Part shown: positions 24,431-37,496 of the stretch, piece after piece
Layout: each line of letters starts with the position of its first letter
Position numbering within the stretch: position 1 is the stretch's first letter
NCBI GenBank assembly: GCA_964016885.1
Contig: OZ024740.1
Location: 311,984,001 to 312,048,000, forward strand
Reading direction: 5' to 3'
DNA from: Eledone cirrhosa
Taxonomy: Eukaryota
DNA length: 64,000 nt
The notes under the pieces: model-generated
Told to the model about the DNA's origin: nothing
Database searches by the model: none
Seen by the model: the letters and a program-made list of their open reading frames with translations, nothing else
Made by a program: the position numbers and the translations under genes

Positions 24431-27400
24431 AGGGGGAACCTCATGGTGGTCCATAAGTGTGCTAGAAATAGCAGCTAAATAATGGGAACCTCATGGTGGC
24501 CCATAGGTGTGCTAGAAATAGAGCTAAATTAAGGGAACCTCATATTGGTCCATAGATGTACTAGAAATAGCAGCTAAATAGGCAGAACCATAGATATGCT
24601 AGAAATAGCAGTTTCATCAGCTAAACAGGGGAACTGCATGGTGGTGCATAGGTGTGCTAGAAATAGCAGCTAAATTAAGAGAACCTCATGTTGGTCCATA
24701 GGAGTGCTAGGAATAGCAGCTAAATAGGGGGAAACCTCATGGCGGTCTATAGGTGTGCAAGAAATAGCAGCTAAATAGGGGGAACCTCATGTTGGTCCAT
24801 AGATGTGTTAGAAATAGCAACTGAATAGGAGGAACATCATGGTGGTCCATAGGTGTGCTAGAAATAGCAGCTAAATAGGGAAACTCATGATGGTTCATAG
24901 GTGTGCTATAAAAAACAGCTAAATAAGGGGAATCCCATGGTGGTCCATAGGTGTGCTAGAAATAGCAGCTAAATAAGGGAATCTGATGGTGGTCCATAAG
25001 TGTGCTTGAAATACCATCTAAATAGGGGGAAACTCGTGGTGGTGCATAGGTGTGCTAGAAATAGTAGCTAAATAGAGGGACCCTCATTGTGATCCATAGG
25101 TGTGCTAAAAATAGGAGATACATCAGCTTAACAGGAGGAACCACATGGTGGTCAGTAAGTGTGCTAGAAATAGCAGCTACATCAGCTAAACAGGGGGAAC
25201 CTCATATTGGTCCATAGGCGTGCTAGAAATAGCAGCTAAATAGAGGGAAGCTCATGATGGTTCGCAGGTGTGCTAGAAATAGCAGCTACATCAGCCAAAC
25301 AGAGGGAACCTCATGGTGGTCCATAGGCCTATTAGGAAAAGTAGCTATTAGGGGGTACTTCATGTCGTACTATAGGTGTGCTAGAAATAGCAGCTAAATA
25401 GGGTGAACACCATGGTGGTTCATAGGTGTGCTAGAAATATCAGCTATATCAGCTAAATAGGGGGAACCTCATGTTGGTCCATAGATGTGCTAGAAATAGC
25501 AGCTAAATAGGGGGAACCTCAAGCTGGTCCATGGTGTGCTAGAAATAGCAGCTAAATAGGGATAAATCATGATGGTCCATATATGTGTTAGAAATAGCAG
25601 CTAAATAGGGGAACCTCGTGGTTGTCCATATGTGTGCTAGAAATAGCAGCTACATCAGCTAAACAGGGAGAACCTCATGGTGGTCCATAGTCATGCTAGA
25701 AATAGCAGCGAAATTAAGAGAACCTCAAGATGATGCATAGGTGTGCTACAAATAGCAGCTAAATAGGGGAGACCTCATGGTGGTTCATAAGTGTGCTAGA
25801 AAAAACAGCTGAATATGGAGAATCACATGGTGGTCCATAGGTGTGCTGGAAATAGTAGCAAAATAGGAAAACCTCATAGTTGTCCATAAGTGTGCTAGAA
25901 ATCGCAACTAAATAGGGGGAAACTCATAGTGGTGCATAGGTGTTCTAGAAATAGAAGCTAAATAGTTGGGGATCTCATGGTGGTTCATAGGTGTGCTAGA
26001 AATAGAAGCTAAATAGGTGTAACCTCATGGTTGTCAATAGGTGTTTTAGAAAAGCAGCTAAATTGAGGGAACCTCATGGTGTTCCATAGAAATGCTAGTG
26101 ATAGCAGCTAAATAGTGTTAGAGTTGGGAACATCCTGTTGGTCCATATGTGTGCTAGAAATAGCAGCTAAATTGGGGGAACGTCATGGTATTCTATAGGT
26201 GTGCTAGAAATAGTAGCTAAATAGGGGGAACCTCATGGTGGTCCATAGGTGTGCTAGAAAAAGCATCTGAATCAGCTAAACAAGGAGAACCACATGGTGG
26301 TCCATAAATGTGCTAGAAATAGCAACCATATAGGTGAACTTCATAATTGTCCATCGTCTGCTTGAAATAGCAGCTACATCAGCTAAACAGGGGGAACCAC
26401 ATGGTGCTCCATAGGTATGCCAGAAATAGCAGCTAAATAAGGGGAACCTCATAGTGGTCCATAGGCGTGCTCGAAATATTAGCTAAATACGGGAAACCTC
26501 ATTGTGGTTCATAGGTGTGCTAGAAATAGCAGCTATATAGGGGAAATCTTTTGGCAGTCCATGGGTGTTCTAGAAACGACAGCTAAATAAGGTAAACCAC
26601 ATGGTGGTCCATAGATGTGCTAGAAATAGCAGCTAAATAAGAGGAACCTCATGGTTATCCATTAATGTGCTAGAAATTGCAGCAAAATAGAGGGAACCTC
26701 ATGTTGTTCTGCAGGTGTGATAGAAATAATTGCTAAATATGGGAACCTCATAGTGGTCCATAGGTGTGTTACGAATAGCAGCTAAAAAGGGGAAACCTCA
26801 TTATGGTCCATAGGTATGCTAGAAATAACAGCTTCATCAGCTAAACTGGGGTAACCTCATGGTGGTCCAAAAATATGCTATAAATAGTAGCTAAATAGAT
26901 GGAATATTATGGTGGTTCATAAGTGTGCTAGAAATAGCAACTAAATAAAGGGAACATCATGGTAGTCCATAGGTGTGCTAGAAATAGCAGCTAAATAGAT
27001 GAACCTCATAGTGATCCATGGTCAGCTAGAAATAGCAGCTATATCAGCTAAACAGAGAGAACCGCATTGTGGTCCATAGGTTTGCTAGAAATATCAGATA
27101 AGTAAGGGTAAACTCATAGTGGTCCGTAGGTGTGCTAGAAATAGCAGCTAAATAAGGAGAACCTCATTGTGGTCCATATATGTGCTAGAAAAAACAGCTG
27201 CATCAGCTATACAGAAAGAACCACATGGTAGTCCGTAGGCGTTCAAGAAATAGCAGCTAAATAAGAGGAACCTCTTGGTGGTCCATAGGTGTGCTAGAAA
27301 TAGCAGCTAAATAGAGGAAACTCAGGCTGGTCCATAGGTGTTCTAGTAATAGCAGCTATTTCTAGCACACATATGGCCAAGTATGAGGTTCCCCTATTTA

Positions 27401-27480
27401 TCTGCTATTTCTAGCGCACTTATTGACCACCATGTGGTTACCCCTGTTCAGCTAATGTAGCTGATATTTCTAGCACATTT
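24431..27480. repeat. Tandem satellite array, ~49-50 bp monomer with a ~59-60 bp variant, roughly 55-60 units, terminal ~2.5 units inverted
   Basis: Consensus GGGGAACCTCATGGTGGTCCATAGGTGTGCTAGAAATAGCAGCTAAATA; variant adds CATCAGCTAA; orientation flips at ~27355. Confidence 0.97.
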
Positions 27481-28002
27481 AAGGGGCCAGAGAGTTGTCA
27501 TCAGAAAAAAAAGGTTAATCTCCCATCATTGTTGTTATAAGGTAACTAAAAGAGTGAATATATCCTAACAGAGCCAAAAAGTAACACTAACAGCAACATT
27601 AAAGAGACACAAAGCCACAAGGAAGAAAAAATGGTAGTTAGTTAATTGAGGGAGAACATCACAGTACTGCTGTAGATATAAATAGAAGTTTAAAGTAATG
27701 AGAAAGAGACACAACTGAAGCTTTCTCATTTTGACTCCTGTCAGAAATATTCTGCCAATTGTGTTAACATTATTTTCAGTAAATTCATCCACCTACTTCT
27801 CACGGATACTACAGCAAACATCAAAACATAATGCTTGAGAGTGGTTTCTAACTTTAAGATTTAAATCAAATATCAAAACAAGATGATGATGATGATGATA
27901 TATATATATTCATGAAATTGCATTGCCAAGGGTTGACCAATGATGAAGATAGATGCTTTTTTTTTGTTCAGGCCACGATCGTTTTTCTGTGTACAATTTT
28001 GT

Positions 28003-28004
<2 letters not shown>

Positions 28005-28047
<43 letters not shown>

Positions 28048-28152
28048 GCATGGAAAATGGATGTTAATTGATGATGAGAAGGAGGAGGATAATGGTGATA
28101 GCAAGAAAATGGATGTTAAATGTTGGTGATGATGATGATGATGATGATGATG
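28005..28152. repeat. Microsatellites (TA)n and (GAT)n
   Basis: Direct reading; other simple repeats at 781-848 (TG/AG), 44528-44557 (CA), 44758-44776 (C), 44884-44916 (TA). Confidence 0.9.
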
Positions 28153-28178
28153 AAAAAAAAACATTTTTTTTCTCTCAG

Positions 28179-28262
28179 GTGGATATTCACCAAGAAGAAT
28201 TAGGTACTAACATTCGGCCAACTGTTGCTCTTGCTGCTGATATAAAAGCAGCTATTTACCAG
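28179..28262 (+). CDS. HACL1: HACL1 coding exon (VDIHQEELGTNIRPTVALAADIKAAIYQ)
   Basis: ctcAG / GTaaga. Confidence 0.93.
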
Positions 28263-28624
28263 GTAAGATCTTTATTAATTCAAGGTAAAATGAATATGTT
28301 GGTTTATGTCTAAATACCTTCAAACACTCAAACAGAATTTTAATCCTAATTGGATGATTAAAAAATGTTTATTTTTTATTTTTACATCTACGTGTGTGTG
28401 AAATTGACAGAAAGAGAAAGGTGTCAGCCTTCTTGTCTTTAAAAGAAAAGCCCTTAACTCTTTTGATACCAAACCACCTGAAACTGCCCTTAGTTACAAA
28501 ACTTCATTTTAACTGTAAATCAAAAGTCCCATCCAACCCATGCCAACATGGAAAAGTTGAAGTAAAAATGATGATAATAATGAACCTGTGTTAAGATACG
28601 TTCCAAACACCAGCAAAATAGTAA

Positions 28625-28815
28625 TAATTGTTTCTACTTTAGGCACAAGGCCAGCAATTATCCCAGTGCATTACTGGTACTTTATTTTATCGAGCCCGTA
28701 AGGATGAAAGGCAAAGTTAACCTCGGCGGGATTTGAACTCAGATCATAAAGGGACATAATTATGCTGGAAAGCATGGCGTCCGACCCTCTACCGATACTG
28801 CCAATCCACCGCCCT
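28625..28815 (-). mobile_element. tRNA-derived SINE family A, full-length copy
   Basis: A box TGGCAGTATCGG, B box GAGTTCAAATCC, core GCCTTTCATCCTTACGGG-TCGATAAAATAAAGTACCAG, (ATT) tail; 11-bp TSD CAAAATAGTAA. Other copies: ~4505-4592(-), 22817-22908, ~34372-34515(-), ~38408-38590, ~41826-42010, ~42300-42535, ~47595-47810(-), 60241-60334. Confidence 0.85.
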
Positions 28816-29919
28816 CAAAATAGTAAAAATAATGTTAGCTATATAACTAAATCCCTCCAAATTCTAGACTATTTTCCAAAAAACATCATTAAAGAGTCGT
28901 ACAACTTGGAATTACACAATAAAATGTAATGAAGGACAATGACTCTGCAAGCACTGAAGCAGTACTCATCAAATCTATAAGCTGTGGATTATCGTGTAAA
29001 TCCATTGCTAAACTTGAAGTTCACATATGAAACCAAACTAATATTCATATAAATTGACATGACATCCAGCCAACAATTATTGTAATTGACTGTAGTGTAG
29101 CTAAGAAGGGGAGCAGTCTTCCCTTGGCGACATTTTTATGGAGGCAGCACTTTTGGATCTGTTGTATATATTTGAGTAAGCATGGGGGTGTGTTAATTCA
29201 ACAGCTGTCCCAGGTGGCACACACTCTGGCTAAGTCATTGGTCATTGTTATTGTCATCATCATCAGTAACATCTACATGTTACATGTCTGCAGTGCAGCA
29301 AATCACCCCTCACCTCAATTCTATCATTTTATATGTGTGGGCCCAATATCTTTTACTGACTGGTAGGAAATTATTGTCCAACTGACTCCAGCCTCTATTC
29401 TCTTGCAAGCATTTAATCTTTAGTGCCCTAGTATTTTTTATGAGTTGTTTCCCTTAACACTTCATTATATATTAAGGGGAGATCACTCTGTGGTGCTTTA
29501 TGTTGCTGACAGCATGTTAAAGGTTAAATCAAGATTTTGGTTTTTTACTCCCTTCTGCTCTACTAATCTCAAATGCTCTGTAAAAGTCATCAGTGCGGTC
29601 CTTCGTCCTTTGATTAAGCCATTTGAACAAAAAATTACATGTAATTTTCTCACAAACAGAAACAGTAATATTCTTTTACTCTCTAATTGAAGCAGTTACC
29701 TTCCTTTTATTTACACTGGTAATTCCTATGAGTACTGAAATTATAATGCATTGTGTCAAAAGAAACCAGCAATTAGGACATCATGGTAGAAGTTCAGACA
29801 TTGATGAATAAAGGCTCTTCTGCACTTCCACTTAATCTTAATGAATTCTTATTGAATTTGTGGGTCCTAATTATAAAATGTGTATCCTGTTTTGAATAGG
29901 TACATTTTCTCTACTTCAG

Positions 29920-30027
29920 ATGTCAATGGAATTAGATAGTTCTCCAAAACGTTATACCTTTCACCATACAGAACCTTGGTGGAAAGAATTAAAACTGGCA
30001 ATCAACAAAAATAAAGAAAAAGTAAAT
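29920..30027 (+). CDS. HACL1: HACL1 coding exon (MSMELDSSPK...PWWKELK...KVN)
   Basis: ttcAG / GTaagt; WWK motif as in HACL1 SKWWKTL. Confidence 0.88.
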
Positions 30028-30778
30028 GTAAGTTTAACTTATTTTTATGTTTAATAATCTATACTTCTTTACTTCAAATACACTTTAAATATTTTTAAAG
30101 TTTTGTTCATATTCTTAAGCTAGCAGTTTGGTTTTGCAGATTTGGGAGTAGAAATTGAATATCAGACTGAATGTGGTATTGTTGGGTCTGTACCAGGAGA
30201 CCTATGATCAAAAGCATTCTTTCTGTAATAAACTCATCTTTTTTTATTTTCATACTGGTGCCATGATAAAATACACAGGAATATATTTAAGCAAGAAGCA
30301 AGCCCCCAGCCTGTTTGAGCACTCAGTAGAGTACATGAACATATGTAATCAAAATGCAGGACCCCTAAACTGTCAGTAGTTCTGCTAGGGTACTGTGGTC
30401 TGTGGTGATTTGTTCAATCTTTCCTAACAGAGAAGACCAATGTTAAATGATGATGAATGTATAGTAGGACTGCATTGTCTAATATGTCTTTTTTTTATGT
30501 TGGCAGGGTGTAATTCGATGGGATTTAGCTATTTGGTTGTGATCACATAAGAGACTCCATCATTGGTCTGAGATTAAATGTGTGCTCACTATGTGTGGTT
30601 CACTTTGCCTTTAGTCCATACCAGTTGGAATAAGTAAATGCTAGCTAATCAACTATACATCATCTCCACAAATGTATAGCTTTGTACAAAAATTAGAACT
30701 CAAATTTTACAATAGAAATTTCTTGTCATGTTCCTTGAATAATTCCTGATTTTTCAATGTTAAATCTATTTTACTCAG

Positions 30779-30832
30779 GTTTTAAGTACTGATCTAACTG
30801 TGCCTCTCAACTATTACTGTGCTTTCTCTAAA
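30779..30832 (+). CDS. HACL1: HACL1 coding exon (VLSTDLTVPLNYYCAFSK)
   Basis: ctcAG / GTaagt; PLNYY motif. Confidence 0.9.
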
Positions 30833-31937
30833 GTAAGTTAGTCATATTTATTTCTTTGTTAAATTATTATTGTTGTTTTTATAATCCTCACAGATGAAAT
30901 CTAACCTTCTGTTGTACAAAGAAAAAGTAAAGAGCCGTGTTCTTCAAAAACATCCAAATTCACATTTATTATATTAACTGCTTTTAGCCAATGCTGACCA
31001 TCACTGGATTTATCTGACTGATTTTTTCCTTATCAATTTTAGAATATAGTTTAACTATATTTCCATAATAGATAAACAGCCAAGCATAAAGTCTTAGATT
31101 TTTAGAGACGTGGGAAGTGGAATTTGTGACATTCATTGCTTTTTTTTCTCTTTGAACATTAGTAATGTATGTGAAATGAAATAACTACAACCAGGTATTG
31201 AAACCACATAATGAACTTTATTATTCTAGGAACTGACCTTCAACTCTACAATATTTCCACCTAAATGTGGTATCTTTACAATAAAGTAACAATGTTTTAA
31301 ACCCATCACATCTCAGGCTATATGACAGTATCTCAAACTGGTAACATAGATATAACAATATCTGAGGAAGTTCTATATGCCTATATTTCAAACTGATCAC
31401 ATATAAGTCAACTATTTATATCAATAAGAGGAATCTGATATAGTGTGCAAGAAAGAAGACTGAGCAGGTATGGACATGGTCATGGGGGCAGAGTCCTCAA
31501 GCACCACCTTCCAGCAGGTCCTGTCAGAAACAACAGTTTCCAATTGATCTAACTGGATCTCCAAGCAAGACCAGCCAATTGGATTTGACGTATTATATCA
31601 AAAACAACTATGTGTGGTTATATCTAAAGCCTTTCACATAAAATTAAATGCAGTCAATCATAGTTAAGCATGGTGAGCTGAAAATGATTATTAATTAATA
31701 GAAACTATAACCATAATGGGAAGAAAAGTCAAGAGGCAGGAAAAGAATACCCAAAATTTTACTTGATTAAAAAATTTAAAATAAATGCAGGGAACGACTG
31801 GGCCCAATCTTTGGCAGCTATGGACGTGTTTCAGATGTATTAGATGTACTCAGTGAAGCATAGTCAACTCACAACTACCAAGACTTGAGAATGACAAATA
31901 GTTAGAGATGTTTGTATGTCAATAATTCACTGATTAA

Positions 31938-32150
31938 CTCTTTAGCATTTAAACCGGCGGTTTCCAGCCAGAATTCTCTCACCTCTTTCTGTTCAAACCG
32001 GCTGTAACCAGTCACTCATACTGATGTTAAGGTATTGTTCTCAAAATAAATACTTTCAAAATCTCATATATTATGTGAGATAATTATGTGAGATAAAGCC
32101 TTTACTGTGAAATATAATAGTATATATAGAGTAATGTAAATGCTAAAGTG
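31938..32150. mobile_element. piggyBac-type MITE (same family, opposite orientation)
   Basis: TTAA|CTCTTTAGCATTTA...TAAATGCTAAAGTG|TTAA; interior is the reverse complement of 60790-61010; another right end at 1-63. Confidence 0.8.
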
Positions 32151-32245
32151 TTAAGCAAACTAGAATACTGAGGTATAAATCAACAATTAGTAAATTGAGC
32201 AATTTTGGTTCATTAGTATATTCAATTTTTTTCAATTATTTTTAG

Positions 32246-32349
32246 ATTGTGGAAGTTCTTGGAGAAAGAGATGTTCTCATTGTGAGTGAAGGTGCCAACA
32301 CAATGGATATTGGTCGATCCATGTTACAAAACCTATTACCAAGACAACG
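32246..32349 (+). CDS. HACL1: HACL1 coding exon ([35 protein letters not shown])
   Basis: tttAG / GTtagt; [11 protein letters not shown]. Confidence 0.95.
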
Positions 32350-34231
32350 GTTAGTCAGTCTAACTAGGGTTTCTTCATCACATTATATTAATTAGAAACA
32401 GGAGTTACAAACATTTAGTCTTCATGTGTGTGAGTGTGTGTTTAGAAACTAAATAACTAACAAAGAAAGGGGAAAGAGAAAAGGAAAAGAGGAGCAAGGA
32501 GTGGAGGAGAGTAAGGAACAAAAAGTAATTAAAAATAAAATAAAAGCAAATACAGACTTTGCTACTGGGTGATAGATAATCTGGGGCACTAGTTGTATGT
32601 TAGAGTGCACCTACTGCAGTTGATGTGAATGCAGCATGGCCGAATAGTTAGGGAGTTTGTTTTACAATCATTAGGTCCCAGGTTTGATCCTACAGAATCA
32701 GGTTGGCCCATGCTTTGTGAGTGAAATTGGGTAGACAGAAACTGTGGGGAAGCTCGTTGGATGGATTGTACCTGTAATTCAAAGGACCAGCCTTGTCACA
32801 CATAGTGGCAGGCTGAATCTCTCTGTTAATTTCATGAGCAGTTCATTCTTTTGATCAAATAACTGGTACGCTCATCGTCACAACTGACGGAAGTCCATTC
32901 CACTGCAATTGATATAACAATAAACAAAGGTGATAACAAGGATTACAAGGCAACAATCTATTGGTTAATTTTCTCTAGTGTAGTATATGTTATTTTTATT
33001 AACATATCATTTCCTTAAATCAGCAATAGACATGCTATCACACACACACATGCATATTGAGAAGTCAGTAGCGAGAGAAAACAATAGCTCTAATTAAATA
33101 GTGATTGGTCTGTGACAACTCATCAAACCCTTTCTAGCAGGGAAATCAGATGTTAATGATGTTGATGATGATATATGTTTGCATATCAGTTTCCTGTCCA
33201 CTTTTCAATGCTTGCATGAGCTAAATGAGTCCTCTCCAAAATGTCTGCCACTTGCTGCATTCCTTCATCATCTCTTTTGTGAGGTTCAGCATCCTGGAAC
33301 CAGCTTTCACCACTTCTGTCCATATCTTCCATGGCTTCCTTTCACTCAGAACTTCTGGCACTTCTTCACTCAACTGCTGTCATTATGCATATGCATTACA
33401 TGTCCATACCAGTGCAGTTTTCTCCCTTGCATCCAACATCTCATTCCTCTTATATCCAGGTTTTCTCATCTCATCTGTGCTTCCTTGTTCATGCACACCA
33501 ATGTTACACATTCAGCAATGCATGCTCACTTTATTTTTTTTTCAGCCTTCACACATCTTTTGTATTCACCCAGGTAACAGAAGCTATCAACTACTTCTAT
33601 GGAGCCTTCTGAGCATTGGAAAGATGTTATTTTATTGATGCTCTGATTGATGACTATTGTGCATCTGTTAGCCTTCCTGCAATCCCACTAAACCTCTCAT
33701 TTTTTTCATAATTCACATGAGAGTACAACAACAAGAAGCATTTTAAGGCCATCTTCCTGCTAAAGCAAAGGTTAGCCTTGTGGGCTCCATCACAAGCTTC
33801 TCTATTTTTCTCTCACTTGCATCCTCCTTTATGAACATCTTGACTTTCATTTCCTCCCCTATCATTTTTAGTATTTCCTTTCATCTACTTCTTTACTCAT
33901 ACATTTTCATCAAATCACTTTCATCCTTCCTCAACACATAACCTAATCATCTCATTCCATTTCTCTTCAAAACATTCACCACTGGTTCTATTCCCATCTT
34001 CTCCAATTTATTGCTTGTTTTTCTATCCCTAAGCAATACACTTCTCATCCACTGGACCAATGGAAATTTGCATTTCCATTCTTTCCAGCCTTCTCTCACA
34101 TACAGTATACACTTTTCCCTTCAGTTTCAGCAACATTCCTCTCCTCATTAGCTCACCACTTAATTCCTGGAACTTCTTCCATGCACGTCTCACTCTAGAT
34201 AACAAAACATTTTCACTCCTTACCATTCCCA

Positions 34232-34340
34232 ATATAATAATAATGAAATTATTGTGTACAGTGCTCAGGTGCACTACAACTCATCAAAGGTGCATGTATA
34301 GTACATAGAATAATGTACAAATGTCAGGAAAATGAACAGT
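34232..34340 (-). mobile_element. CR1 3' UTR fragment
   Basis: Same 3' end (gagttgtagtgcacctgagcac...aataatttcattatt) as the other CR1 copies. Confidence 0.75.
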
Positions 34341-34518
34341 GTATGAGTCATGATATAATAATAATGATAATAATAATTGTTTCTACTTTTGGCACAAGGC
34401 CAGCAATCACCCAGTAGATCACTGGTACTTCATTTCATCGAGCCCATAAGGACGAAAGGCAAAGTTAACCTCGGCGGGATTCGAACTCAGAATGGCAAGG
34501 GCCGCAACTCTATACGTC

Positions 34519-36858
34519 ACAGTGCCCAGGTGCACCACAACTCATCAAAAAGTGCATGTACAGTACATAGGGCAATGCACAAACATCAGGAAAATGAACA
34601 GTGCACGAGTCATGATACACACATGTGCATGTGTATGGAAGGGGTACATCAGGTGTAGTTTTGGCGTATTTCGGGAAGCATGAGTGTCTTAAAGGATGCA
34701 GTGTCTCGGCAGCTAACAACTGACGCAGGCAGTTTGTTCCATGCTTCAGCAACTCTGAGCGTGAAAAAATGTCTACGAAAGTCATGGGAGCTGTGCTGTT
34801 TTCTGATTTTGTAGGCATGTCCACGTGTGTTAGACACATGGAGATCAAAAAGGTGCTCAGGGTTGCAATTGGCGAGATGGTTAATAACTTTGTGGGTATT
34901 CACCAAGTCCATTGCCAGACGTCGGAGCTTCAATGAATCCATGCCCAGGGAAGCAAGGCATTCAGAGTATGGTAGGTGTCTGATGGAGGGTATGCGCTTG
35001 GTTGCACGTCTCTGAACAGTTTCCAGGCGGTCAATGTTCTGAGCAAGATAGGGGTTCCAGACTGATGATGCGAATTCCAAGTGTGGTCGTACCATAGCTG
35101 TATACAGTTTTAAATAGATGGTTGGAGAGCGGCTAACAAAGGTCTTGCTGAGTGATGCCAAGACACCCTCGGCCTTCTTGACAATCTTAGAGACATGCTT
35201 TGTCCAACGCAAATCGCTGCTGACAGTAATGCCCAGGTCACGTTCACAAGAGGACTTCTTGATATCAGTGTTGTGGAGGGAGTATGTGGACGCTGGATTT
35301 TTCCTCCCAAAATGCATGGTGGTACACTTGTCCACAGCCAGCTTCAGTTGCCAGTCTGTGATCCATTGCTGCATTGTGTCCAGGTCTGACTGCAGGAAAG
35401 AGTTGTCGATTTCAGGATCAGTCCTTTTGATTTCAAGGTACAGCTTGATGTCATCTGCATATTTCAGTACCGTGGCATTCTGTAAGTTGGCATCTATGTC
35501 ATTAATATATGCCACAAACAAAAGGGGACCAAGAACAGATCCCTGTGGTACACCAGATGACATCTCATATGGTGAAGAATGCTGTCCTAGAACCGTGACT
35601 ACTTCTTTTCGGCTGAGAATGAAGGATTTCAACCAGTCGAAAAGATCATCCCTCACACCCATTGCAGAGAGTTTTGCCATAAGTCTTTTGTGTGGCACAG
35701 AATTAAAAGCCTTAGCAAAGTCAAGGTAAACAACATCCACCCATGAGCCGCTGTCAGTGATCCGGGTGATGTCTTCAAGGAACTCGATAAGCTGATCACA
35801 GCAGCTGGAGTTAGGGATAAATCCAAACTGTGAGGGCCGGATGAGGCTGTGAGAGCTCTAGAAGTTCCAAAGTGTTTCTCTGACACAGGATTCCATCAGT
35901 TTGACCATACAGCTAGTAAGACTGACTGGACGATAGTTGACAGGTGACATGCGGTTGCTCTTTTTGAACAGAGGAATGACACTGGCAGTTTTCCACTGCT
36001 CCGGAGTAGCACCATTGTTGAGACAGTATTGAAAGAAGAAAGAAAGCTGGCGCAAAAGGAAATACCCACCACGTTTGAGAAGCAGGTATGTAACACCATC
36101 AAGACCAGGGGAGGCATAGTTGCGCTTATTCTTAAGGTGACGTCGCAACATTGCAGGTGTAAATTCCATAGTTGTTATGGAATTTGATGTTAGAGATGGT
36201 GGAGATGGTATATTCTGGTTTTCAACAGTAAAAATATTTGCATAGCACTCAGCAATGAGTTCTGCGCATTCTTTGGGATCGTCAGTGATCTGGCTTGTGT
36301 GGGGATTGCGAAGAGGACCAACTGGAGAGTGAGGTCTCTGCTTTGAATGAACATATTTCCAGAACACCTTACTGTCAAGATTGGTTGCTATGCACTGTTC
36401 AAATTCAAGCACTGCCTTCTTTGTCACTTGCTTGAGATGGTTAGAAGATTTATTCCGCTTTTTTCTGTTGTCATCTGATTTATGCAGTTTATATTCCCGT
36501 TCAGCGTTCCGACGTTCTTTCCTGGCAAGTCGGACCGCGGAAGTTTCCCAAATTGCACTTTTGGGGTGGTTTTTTATCTGCTTACGTGGCACCGATGCTG
36601 CATATGCTATCCATATTGAGTCCAGGATGCTCTGGAGTATAGTGTTCACATCTCCAGAGTTATACATCTCATGCCAGTTTGGGCGCTGTAGCTCAGTGCA
36701 GTACAAGTTCCAATCTGCTCTCTTCCAATCAGAGCAAGCAGATTGGAGGTGGTTCTGGTTTTTGTTGCTGCCCTCAAGTGCCAGATTGGCAATGATCATA
36801 GCATGATCAGAGTCGCCTAGAGGTTCATCAGTAGTACAACTGATAACCACTTCAGTCA
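34519..36858 (-). mobile_element. CR1-clade LINE ORF2, 5'-truncated (end of APE endonuclease + RT), one premature stop
   Basis: PLGDSDHAMI, NYRPVSLTS, YLDFAKAF, GVPQGSVLGP, YADD; ORFs 36859-35858 and 35740-34649 are one frame split by TAG at 35860-35858. Confidence 0.93.
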
Positions 36859-36879
36859 TGATCCAGCATTTATTCTTAC

Positions 36880-37240
36880 TCTATGCTGTATGATAAGATG
36901 TGTGCCATGAATACAGAATATTTGTGATGGCTGCAAAGAAATGAAGCATGTATGCTCCACTGGATGTGTAATGTTAGTGTGCATGAATGACAGAGCATGA
37001 ATAAGCTGAGTATAAAAGGAATGTATAACAATTGCACTTGTATGGACATGTGATTCGTAAAGAAAGCCGGAGTTGTGTAAAGTGCCTAGTGCTTGAAGTA
37101 GATGGAACATGTAGCAGAGGGAAACCAAGGAAGACATGGGACAAAGTTGTGAGGAATGACCTCAAGAAACTGAAACTCATGGCAAAGGTGACACAGGATC
37201 GTGTTCATTGGCAACTTGTCGTGCTAGAAAAGACCTGGTG
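36880..37240 (+). mobile_element. RTE LINE 3' fragment
   Basis: LYGHVIRKE...CVKCLVLEVDG...RGKPRKTWDKVV; similar decayed pieces at ~33180-33560 (-), ~33960-34225 (-) and ~62940-63075 (+). Confidence 0.7.
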
Positions 37241-37496
37241 AGAGATCAAAGACTGCAGTGGACGAGACATCCTGTATAGTGTTATCACAATAAAATATGC
37301 TCAGTATTCCTTGTAAAATGGTTGATAAACAAACTAAAGAAATGTACTGTCTTGTTGATGGCTGTTTTTTGTTTTACTTTATATTGAAGTGATTTGATTA
37401 CCAAGTTGTTGTTGTTTAACCCCAGGTCAACCTTGATTGAACAAAACCTATGATCAAAGGCATTTCAACCAAGACAAGAACATCCTGCCTTTTTAG

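Noticed and set aside
24431-27480. CRISPR-like regular repeat array
   Set aside because: The intervening sequences are themselves homologous, so there are no unique spacers; the context is a eukaryotic intron with no cas genes. It is a satellite.
35118-35729. 203-aa ORF and similar ORFs antisense to CR1 and gypsy copies
   Set aside because: Shadow frames of the TE coding strands
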